Notes under the pieces: generated by a model
Told to the model about the DNA's origin: nothing
The model's input: only the letters and a program-made list of their open reading frames with translations
The model's database searches: none
In this document: positions 1 to 7,130 of the stretch, piece by piece
Position numbering within the stretch: position 1 is the stretch's first letter
How the letters are laid out: every line of letters starts with the position of its first letter
Assembly: GCA_040755315.1 (NCBI GenBank)
Contig: JBFMBF010000011.1
Coordinates: 1-40,137, forward strand
Source of the DNA: Candidatus Hadarchaeota archaeon
Lineage (GTDB): Archaea > Hadarchaeota > Hadarchaeia > Hadarchaeales > Hadarchaeaceae
Direction of reading: 5' to 3'
Length of the DNA: 40,137 nt
Position numbers and translations under genes: made by a program

Positions 1-292
1 CACGCAGGGCCGCTGGCGAAATTTCATCTTGAGGCTTATCAATCGTCCTGTTAAGCTTCAGCTTTCCGTCACTGCTGAGGGAAGGGATGGAAAAAATGTT
101 CAAGGCATTGGCCCAGATTTCCGGCTGGCGCGGAATCCTCTCGTCGAAAACATCTCCGAGCACCAGTATCAGCTGGGCGCCCTGCTCTATCGCCTTTTCA
201 ATTGCCTCCTTCGCCTGCTCGAACGAGTCATTCTTGCGGGGCGTACCCCACTTCACCCCGAGGTGAAAGTCGCCGATGACTGCCAGCCTCAG
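1..292 (-). CDS. mre11: DNA repair exonuclease Mre11/SbcD-family metallophosphoesterase, 5' part (runs off the window start)
   Basis: Not in the ORF track. Manual minus-strand translation gives LRLAVIGDFHLGVKWG...QLILVLGDVFDERIP, i.e. phosphoesterase motifs I (DxHLG) and II (GDxFD). Apparent CTG start at 292 after GGAGATGGTGGT. Confidence 0.8.
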   Translation of the reverse strand, partial: MRLAVIGDFHLGVKWGTPRKNDSFEQAKEAIEKAIEQGAQLILVLGDVFDERIPRQPEIWANALNIFSIPSLSSDGKLKLNRTIDKPQDEISPAALR

Positions 293-387
293 ATTACCAC
301 CATCTCCTGTTGACCGCCCGCATATAATTGCGCTGTGTTTTTCGTCCTCGGTTCAAACCTATTAATCCTAGAAATAAAGTTTCTCCG

Positions 388-1614
388 ATGTCAGAGCTGT
401 GGGTGGAAAAATACGGGCCAAAAAAGCTGGCCGAAATCGTCGGGCAGCCGGTGGCGGTCCATCAGATGAGGGAGTGGGCCAAGGGGTGGCTCATGAGAAA
501 GCCAGGCAAGAAAGCTATTTTGTTACACGGCGGCACGGGGACCGGGAAAAGTGCCGCGGCCTCCGCACTTGCCAGGGAGTTCGGCTGGGACATCCTGGAG
601 ATGAACGCCAGCGACGAAAGGACACTCAGTCAGATAAAGAGGGTTGCCGGAGCCGCCGCAACATCTGGGACGTTGGTCGGAGGCGCAGGCGGCGTTAGGC
701 TATTGGTGCTGGACGAGGCGGACAATGTCCACGGCACGGCGGACAGGGGCGGCTACAAGGCGATAAAAGAAGTCATCGAGGAAGCGAGGAACCCGATCAT
801 CCTCATAGCCAACGACCAGTACTCCATCCCCTGGGACATCAGAGCTTCATGTCTTGCCATCGGCTTCAGGCGCATGAACAGGGACGTTGTGATGAGGGAG
901 CTGCTCAGGATTGCAAAAGCAGAGAGCGTGGCCCTTGAAGTTGGCGCCGCAGAAAAAATTGCCGATGCTTCCGAAGGTGACCTCCGCGCGGCAATCCAAG
1001 ACCTTCAGGTGTTGTCTGCTGGGAGAAAGGCCCTGAAGCTCGAGGACATCCAAAAATATTCCCGCGATAGGGGGAAAAACATCTTTGACCTGATAAACGG
1101 GATACTCACGGCAGGGAGCGCCGCTGAAATAAGGGAGCTGTCCTGGGCAGTTGACATGCCACCAGAAGACATCCTCGCGTGGGTGGAGGAAAACATCCCT
1201 AAGATGGTTGCCGACCCTGAGGCGCGTGCAAGGGTTTGTGATGCAATTTCTAGGGCAGACATCTTCTTGAACCGGGCAAAGAGGAAGCAGGCTTACGGCC
1301 TCTGGGGCTACGCCAGCGACGTCATGACGGCGGGTGTCGGCTTCAACAGGGGAGAAAAAATCAACTGGGAGAAGTTCCAGCCGCCCAGCCACATCCGGCG
1401 CTTCGCCCACACGCGCGGGCTGAGAGCGGTCAGGGACTCTGCGGCTAGGAAGGTGGCCCGCCGCTGCCATACATCATCAAGGGTGGCAAGAAGAGACATC
1501 CTGCCGTACTTGAGCGCAGTTTTGAAAAATGACAAGAGGGCCGGAGCCATTTCTAAAGAACTTGGGCTGAGCGAGGAGGAGCTTGGTTTCCTCACGTCGA
1601 CGGTGCGAGCTTGA
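388..1614 (+). CDS. rfcL: Replication factor C large subunit
   Basis: WVEKYxP RFC box, Walker A GGTGTGKS, EMNASDER, Walker B LDEAD, GDLRAAI; start set at ATG 388. Confidence 0.93.
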   Translation: MSELWVEKYGPKKLAEIVGQPVAVHQMREWAKGWLMRKPGKKAILLHGGTGTGKSAAASALAREFGWDILEMNASDERTLSQIKRVAGAAATSGTLVGGAGGVRLLVLDEADNVHGTADRGGYKAIKEVIEEARNPIILIANDQYSIPWDIRASCLAIGFRRMNRDVVMRELLRIAKAESVALEVGAAEKIADASEGDLRAAIQDLQVLSAGRKALKLEDIQKYSRDRGKNIFDLINGILTAGSAAEIRELSWAVDMPPEDILAWVEENIPKMVADPEARARVCDAISRADIFLNRAKRKQAYGLWGYASDVMTAGVGFNRGEKINWEKFQPPSHIRRFAHTRGLRAVRDSAARKVARRCHTSSRVARRDILPYLSAVLKNDKRAGAISKELGLSEEELGFLTSTVRA

Positions 1615-2681
1615 GAGTTTCTGAGAGGCTTCAGCTGGGAAAGTTGGCCACGCCGCTTCCCGACCGCGAGCGACCGATTTACAGGTGGTTCCAGATAAAG
1701 GAGTCGTTCTCGAGTGGCCTCGTCAAGTTGCTGGCGGAGACGTGGGGGCTTGGTGAAGGAGACATTGTGCTCGACCCGTTCTGTGGCGCTGGGACGACGC
1801 TCCTCGCCTGCAAGGAGCTTGGTTTGGACTGCATGGGCTTTGATGTCTACCCGCTTTTCCTACTGGCATCTCGGGCCAAAATTAGAGACTACGACGTCGG
1901 TGATTTGAAAACAGAAATTTCAAAGATTCTTGGAAGTGAACCCGAAGAGGCGGATGTTCAAGTGCCGCCATTTGTTGCCAGAGTTTTCCCGCCGCGCGTG
2001 CTCTATGAGTTGGATTTCTTCAGGGGCAAGGTGCTTGAGGTCAAGGATGAAAAGGCCCGCGAGTTTTTGCTGCTTGGGCTGTTGAACGCGGCGATGGACA
2101 GCAGCTGGGCTCGCAAGGATGGGGCGGCGATAAAGGTAACAAAAAAATCAGTGCCGCCGCTGAAAAAGGCGCTCGAGCGGAGGCTGTTTGGGATGTGCCG
2201 CGACATTGAGCAGGCGGCGCTGAAAGGGTCGAAGGTTGAGGCCAAACTCTGCGACGCGAGAGAGATTGATGCCGGGGGGGCCACCGCAGTGATAACATCC
2301 CCGCCGTATCTGGCAAAGCAAGAGTATCTCCACGCTTACAGGATTGAGAATTGGATTGTTGGACTGGAGAGCCCACGACCGGAGAAGCTGGTTGGGGGGG
2401 CCGGCGTGGGAGTCTCTCCAGAGAAATACTTTGGTGACATGCGCGCGGTTATCAAACGGCTCCACGAAGCCTGCGGTAATGGAGCAAGGGTCTGTCTTGT
2501 TGTCTCTGACGGCTGCTTCCCCGATGGACCGGTTGAGGTGTGTCTGCGGCTGAGCGACATGGGCGAGGCTGTCGGCTTCAGAGCAAAACAGGTTGTGGTT
2601 GTGAACAAGCGCCAGTGCACGACTCCATCTAGAAAAAAGATCGGCACAACAAAAGAAGCGCTGCTGATCTGGGAAAAGTAG
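1611..2681 (+). CDS. Orphan amino-DNA methyltransferase (probably N4-cytosine, alpha-type motif order)
   Basis: DPFCGAGTT SAM-binding motif precedes the ITSPPY catalytic motif; TTG start overlaps the rfcL stop (TTGA). Confidence 0.8.
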   Translation: MRVSERLQLGKLATPLPDRERPIYRWFQIKESFSSGLVKLLAETWGLGEGDIVLDPFCGAGTTLLACKELGLDCMGFDVYPLFLLASRAKIRDYDVGDLKTEISKILGSEPEEADVQVPPFVARVFPPRVLYELDFFRGKVLEVKDEKAREFLLLGLLNAAMDSSWARKDGAAIKVTKKSVPPLKKALERRLFGMCRDIEQAALKGSKVEAKLCDAREIDAGGATAVITSPPYLAKQEYLHAYRIENWIVGLESPRPEKLVGGAGVGVSPEKYFGDMRAVIKRLHEACGNGARVCLVVSDGCFPDGPVEVCLRLSDMGEAVGFRAKQVVVVNKRQCTTPSRKKIGTTKEALLIWEK

Positions 2682-2692
2682 TAGCTGGGAAA

Positions 2693-2734
2693 GTGCGGGG
2701 AGTAGGATTGAATCCAAGGAGACGCCTTTGTTAC
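2693..2734 (-). repeat. Degenerate copy of the 3' half of tRNA-Leu (att-like scar)
   Basis: gtgcggggagtaggattgaatccaaggagacgcctttgttac aligns with the tRNA segment gtgcggggggcaggatttggacctgcggagacccttcggtcac (3036-3078); about 300 bp of AT-rich DNA lies between them. Confidence 0.65.
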
Positions 2735-3033
2735 TTAGTTATTTCTATTTGAACTGATAATTTTCGGGGTGTGCAAAACTCTTTTTAGCTTTAACCGCAA
2801 GGAAGAAGAAAGCCTAACTCGAATAAGACTCCGAGGTGAAGTATCTAAATTTGAATCGTGCAAATGAAACAAATTAATGGCGTGCCTGATATTTCGGTTT
2901 TGAAAATTCATCTCAACTCCCCACGATATTTTAACTAGCTTTAACATGCTTTTGGGAGAGGTCACCGAAAGTATTCGCCGAAATGGCAAAGATTGAGTTT
3001 GTATAGTTTTTAGAAAAAATCGTCAGAAGCAAA

Positions 3034-3157
3034 TGGTGCGGGGGGCAGGATTTGGACCTGCGGAGACCCTTCGGTCACAGGATTTCTTAGCTTAGCCCTT
3101 AAGTTTGGCAACGGTTTTGCCGCTCCTGCCCTTTAGGCCAAGCTCAGGCACCCCCGC
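3034..3157 (-). tRNA. tRNA-Leu(TAA) with two BHB introns (30/31: 3105-3124, 20 nt; 37/38: 3084-3097, 14 nt), CCA encoded
   Basis: Acceptor GCGGGGG/CCCCCGC-A-CCA, long variable arm, anticodon arm CAGGA-CTTAAGA-TCCTG after removing both introns; each intron folds into a bulge-helix-bulge. T-loop reads TCCAAAT. Confidence 0.9.
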
Positions 3158-3188
3158 TGATAAAGGGTCTAGTTGGGAGGCAATAAAA

Positions 3189-3281
3189 CTAGCGCCCTTT
3201 CTTATGGGCCTTTCGGTAAACCGCGCGGCGCTTTCCCCGCTTTCTCAGGAGCTTTTGCTCGAGTTCCAGTTCTTCCTGCAT
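3189..3281 (-). CDS. Putative 30-aa basic microprotein MQEELELEQKLLRKRGKRRAVYRKAHKKGR
   Basis: GTGAT SD-like motif 3 nt before the ATG, immediately after the tRNA-Glu CCA; fills most of the gap between two tRNAs. Confidence 0.55.
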   Translation of the reverse strand: MQEELELEQKLLRKRGKRRAVYRKAHKKGR

Positions 3282-3290
3282 TTGATCACT

Positions 3291-3384
3291 TGGTGCTCCG
3301 GGCGGGATTCGAACCCGCGGCGTAGGCTTGCTCCCAAATGGCGTCGAGAGGCCTACATGTTTGACCGGGCTACACCACCGGAGC
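3291..3384 (-). tRNA. tRNA-Glu(CTC) with 16-nt 37/38 intron (3329-3344), CCA encoded
   Basis: GCTCCGG/CCGGAGC-A-CCA; anticodon arm TAGGC-CTCTCG|A-GCCTA; BHB central helix CTCT/GGAG; TTCGAAT T-loop. Confidence 0.93.
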
Positions 3385-3481
3385 ACCGGAGCTATTCATT
3401 TTTCCTGCCTTTATTTATTTTCAAAGCTTCCCCCCGCCCCAATAATTATTTAGCGTCGGCGGCAAAAATTGCACGACGGCC

Positions 3482-4417
3482 ATGTCAACTTCTGACGACT
3501 CCGCCGTGCTTGACGCGATAGAACGGGTGAGCAAGAGCGTCGTGAACGTCAACACTCTCAAGCATCTGCATGACTTGTTCTATCGGCCAATCCCGGTACA
3601 AGGAATGGGCTCGGGGATCATTGCAAGCCCAGACGGTTACATTATAACCAACAACCATGTCATCAGGGGCGCTGAAAGGGTCGGGGTCACGCTCACGGAC
3701 GGGCGAGTGGTCGAGGGCAAGCTTGTCGGCAATTGCCCCAGCATTGACATTGCGGTCATCAAAATAAATCAAAAGGGACTCCCGGCGGTTGATTTCGGCG
3801 ACTCCGACAAGCTCAGAGTGGGGCAGCGTGTTTTTGCCATAGGTAATCCGTTCGGCCTGTCCGGCGGACCCACTGTAACCATGGGTGTGATTGGCGCGCT
3901 CGGGCGCACCATACGCGCGGCAGACGGGGCGCTTGAAGACCTAATCCAGACGGATGCGGCGATAAACCCTGGCAACAGCGGCGGGCCTCTAATCGACGAA
4001 AGCGGGAGGGTCATTGCCATAAGCACTGCGATAGTGCCGTTCGCCCAAGGGATAGGGTTCGCCGTCCCAATCAACATGATATTCCGCTGCTATGGAGACA
4101 TCACCAAATACGGGCGGCCGCTGATTCCGTGGTTTGGGGTAAATGGAATAAGCCTGAACGAGACGATAAGTAAACACTACAAGATACCTGTGAACAAAGG
4201 GGTGCTGATTGTAGGAGTAATCGAGGACAGCCCGGCCGACCGGGCAGGGATTTCAGCGGGAGACGTGGTGCTTGAATTCAACGGCAAACCTGTAAACACC
4301 ATAGAAGAACTGCGGAAACTGATAAAGGCGAGCAAGGCTGGCGACAAGGCAAAGTTCACTGTGCTTCAGAAGGGGCGAAAAAAAGAAATTTCGGCTGTTC
4401 TGTCCGAGATACCGTAG
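3482..4417 (+). CDS. htrA: HtrA/DegP-family serine protease with one PDZ domain, no evident signal peptide
   Basis: GSG, TNNHV, DIAV, IQTDAAINPGNSGGPL and a C-terminal PDZ (SPADRAGI...GDVV). Confidence 0.92.
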   Translation: MSTSDDSAVLDAIERVSKSVVNVNTLKHLHDLFYRPIPVQGMGSGIIASPDGYIITNNHVIRGAERVGVTLTDGRVVEGKLVGNCPSIDIAVIKINQKGLPAVDFGDSDKLRVGQRVFAIGNPFGLSGGPTVTMGVIGALGRTIRAADGALEDLIQTDAAINPGNSGGPLIDESGRVIAISTAIVPFAQGIGFAVPINMIFRCYGDITKYGRPLIPWFGVNGISLNETISKHYKIPVNKGVLIVGVIEDSPADRAGISAGDVVLEFNGKPVNTIEELRKLIKASKAGDKAKFTVLQKGRKKEISAVLSEIP

Positions 4418-4430
4418 GGTTTGAGCTTTA

Positions 4431-4523
4431 TGGCGGGCCCGGGGGGATTTGAACCCCCGATGTGCAGCTTTTTCCGGATTTCCGTAGGACGCTGCCGCCC
4501 TATCCAGGCTGGGCCACGGGCCC
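4431..4523 (-). tRNA. tRNA-Arg(CCT) with 15-nt 37/38 intron (4470-4484), CCA encoded
   Basis: GGGCCCG/CGGGCCC-G-CCA; A20 in the D-loop; anticodon arm GCAGC-GTCCTA|A-GCTGC; relaxed BHB. Confidence 0.88.
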
Positions 4524-4620
4524 CATTTGACATTCCTCCCCAGCTTTAATGGAGTTTCCGATTTCCCTTCCCCGAAATCTATTTAAAAGCCCCGCCCGGA
4601 CTCTGTTAGAGGTGATTAAG

Positions 4621-4869
4621 GTGGGAACCACTAGAGCGCTCGGTGCAGTGCTGTTGGTAGTGTGTTTGGTGGTGCTAGTGGCGCACATCTACTTCGGATA
4701 CTTGACACCACGCGAGCTCATGCCTCTTGCTTTCGCGTTGCCGGTCACCTTGGGAGTGTTGGTAGTCTGTGCTTTGGGAATGTGGTTGGGATGGATAATG
4801 GCTACCACCAAGGAGTACACGCCTCCGGCTACGGGCGAAGCTAAGAAGGAAGAGAAAAAGGAAGCTTAA
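4621..4869 (+). CDS. 82-aa two-TM membrane protein, DPM2-like appearance
   Basis: GAGGTGAT SD before GTG 4621; two hydrophobic helices and a charged tail. Confidence 0.75.
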   Translation: MGTTRALGAVLLVVCLVVLVAHIYFGYLTPRELMPLAFALPVTLGVLVVCALGMWLGWIMATTKEYTPPATGEAKKEEKKEA

Positions 4870-4902
4870 CCAACTCTCTTAAAGCCTTGAAAACTTAGAA
4901 CT

Positions 4903-7122
4903 TTGGGTGGCCATTTGAACTATGGCAGATGGGTAGTGGTACTGCTCGTGGCTGCGTCGATGGGCATATCAGCATCTATACTTCTGATACCCGGGGAGAA
5001 GTACCAGATTCTCACAACTTCAGACAGCGGCTGGGTATACAACATAGCTGTTAGGATAGAAAACACGAACGCGTTGGCCGATAAAGTTCCTATTTCTCAC
5101 GCGCCATACGGGCTCGATGTCGAAACGTACCAGCTGCAATCCCTCGGCGCTGTTGTGCTTTACAGAGCTGCCCATGCCGTTAACCCTAGCGTCACCCTGA
5201 TGGACGTGGCGAAATATTGGGGGCCGCTGATCTTCGCCATTGCAATAATTCCTGTATTTTTGGCTGCGAGGGAACTGGGAGGAAACACAGCCGGGTGTGC
5301 GGCCGCATTTTTGATGGCGACCATGACCCGCTCAATATACTGGCACAAGGTTGGGGCCTTTGACAGGGAACCGACCCAGATTTTGTTCATAGCGCTGACG
5401 CTATATTTCACGATAAAGCTCTTCAAGGCCTCCAAGAAGGATGTGTGGAAATTCTCCATCCTTGCAGGGATGTCAACGGGGCTTTTTGGGATGACGTGGG
5501 GCGGCTGGATCTTCATCATGGCACCTTTTGTCGGAGGGGTGATGTTTATCCTTCTGCACGAGTTTGCTGGGCATCTTGTTCACAGGAAGTTTGACATTTT
5601 CGCCGCGGTATCTTCCGCAATAAAGGTCCATCTGAAATTCCTGCTGGGTGTGCTGGGCATGGCGGTGGTGGTGAGCATAGCGCTCTGGAGTATGACACGC
5701 CAAGAGCCGATAAGCATGTGGACTGGGTTTTTCCAGATGATGTTGAGCTATGTCGGGATATCTTTTGGAGGAGGAGGTGTGGGTAGTATCACGCCGCCCG
5801 CGACTGAAGCCCAACTGGCCGGGCCGTTGAGCCAGACTTTAGACTTCTACGACAGCGGGCTTCTTGGGCCGATAACTCTTGTTCTTTTGTCCCTCGCCGT
5901 GTTGAAATTTGTGTGGTCGAGGAAAAAATGGGAACTTCTAATGGTGGCGTGGTTCATAATTCTGCTCGCTATGGTGTGGCCAGGAAAGGGGCAGGCTAGA
6001 TTCGACCGCGTGTGGTGGCCATTTTACGCCATGATGGCGGGCGCCGGAGTAGCCGTCGTTATGTCGCTCATCAAAAAACTCTCCACCGAATGGCAATCTG
6101 GGTGGCTGGATCACCTGCACCACCCGCTGCTCTTGACAATCCTTGCCGTCTTTATCGGTAGCGCATTCCTGTTAAATGCCAAGGCAACTGCCGCGATAAC
6201 GACTCCCCCTACGCAATGGCACGGTTATCCATTGTATGATGGTTTCATAGAAGCGTCAAGCTGGATTGGCGCCAACACCACGCCGGATAATGTTTTTTCC
6301 ATCCAGTGGTCGTTCGGTCACTTTTTCACTGGAACCAACCAGCGGCCAACCGTATGCGACGGTTCCGATACCACCGGCAAGGAAGGAGCTTGGGAGACGC
6401 TGCCCGGCATACCCAAGCCGCCGGATTACATTTACTATGTAGAAGGCAACCAGGCGAGGAGGTATGGGATTGAGGCTTACCAGCCATATGGAAAATCTTA
6501 CTTCATCAACGGAAGAAGGGTGGATGTTCAGAGATTCCCAGTCATCGGCAAAGACGAGCTCAAATGGTACCTCAAAACATACAGGGACAACTACGGGGTG
6601 AAAATTGACTATCTGGTTTTCACCTATGATGAGTATGCACAGTCGGCAAACTACCCTGCAAACATCCTGCTCGGGAAAGAAAGGCTTGCCAGCTTAACGC
6701 AGGCGCCCACTTCAGACAACACGAAATTAATCCTCAACTTTGGAGACAACAGGAGCGCCGTGGTTCTGGACTCGGCGACGCAAAGTGTTTACCTGCAGGT
6801 AGGGAGCAGCCAGTTAACCATGGACGGCTACGGGATAATGGGCGTGGCCGGCAACAGCATCAGCGACTACCGCGTGTTTGTTCCTCCGGCAGCTCCGGCG
6901 CAAATCAACGAAACTCTGGTACTGTTCGTCGATTCATCCAACCCCGGCACAATCGTTGGAGCATGGCTTGTGACGGGCGCTTCGAATGACATTGCCCAGA
7001 CGCCCGTGTCTGCCTTGGCCTGGACGCAGAACTTGGCTGGGGTCGACTACCTCCAGACGGCATTCACCAGCTCGGATAGTATGGTGAAATTGTTGAGAGT
7101 CGACCACTCGCTGGTAACATGA
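4903..7122 (+). CDS. STT3/AglB-like oligosaccharyltransferase (GT-C) with divergent motifs
   Basis: Many TM helices; loop-1 Asp (DSGW), GAFDRE, TEAQ (TIxE-like), ARF; QWSFG at the WWDYG position followed by RPTVCDG; soluble C-terminal domain. Confidence 0.8.
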   Translation: MGGHLNYGRWVVVLLVAASMGISASILLIPGEKYQILTTSDSGWVYNIAVRIENTNALADKVPISHAPYGLDVETYQLQSLGAVVLYRAAHAVNPSVTLMDVAKYWGPLIFAIAIIPVFLAARELGGNTAGCAAAFLMATMTRSIYWHKVGAFDREPTQILFIALTLYFTIKLFKASKKDVWKFSILAGMSTGLFGMTWGGWIFIMAPFVGGVMFILLHEFAGHLVHRKFDIFAAVSSAIKVHLKFLLGVLGMAVVVSIALWSMTRQEPISMWTGFFQMMLSYVGISFGGGGVGSITPPATEAQLAGPLSQTLDFYDSGLLGPITLVLLSLAVLKFVWSRKKWELLMVAWFIILLAMVWPGKGQARFDRVWWPFYAMMAGAGVAVVMSLIKKLSTEWQSGWLDHLHHPLLLTILAVFIGSAFLLNAKATAAITTPPTQWHGYPLYDGFIEASSWIGANTTPDNVFSIQWSFGHFFTGTNQRPTVCDGSDTTGKEGAWETLPGIPKPPDYIYYVEGNQARRYGIEAYQPYGKSYFINGRRVDVQRFPVIGKDELKWYLKTYRDNYGVKIDYLVFTYDEYAQSANYPANILLGKERLASLTQAPTSDNTKLILNFGDNRSAVVLDSATQSVYLQVGSSQLTMDGYGIMGVAGNSISDYRVFVPPAAPAQINETLVLFVDSSNPGTIVGAWLVTGASNDIAQTPVSALAWTQNLAGVDYLQTAFTSSDSMVKLLRVDHSLVT

Positions 7123-7130
7123 GGGGAAAC

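Noticed and set aside
29..313. 94-aa plus-strand ORF
   Set aside because: Shadow of the minus-strand Mre11 frame, which carries clear motifs.
2735..2989. 84-aa minus ORF in the AT-rich spacer
   Set aside because: No recognisable motif (no integrase signature); treated as eroded island DNA.
3105..3521. 138-aa plus ORF and the 65-aa extended minus ORF (3189-3386)
   Set aside because: They run through tRNA genes; only the SD-preceded 30-aa portion is credible.
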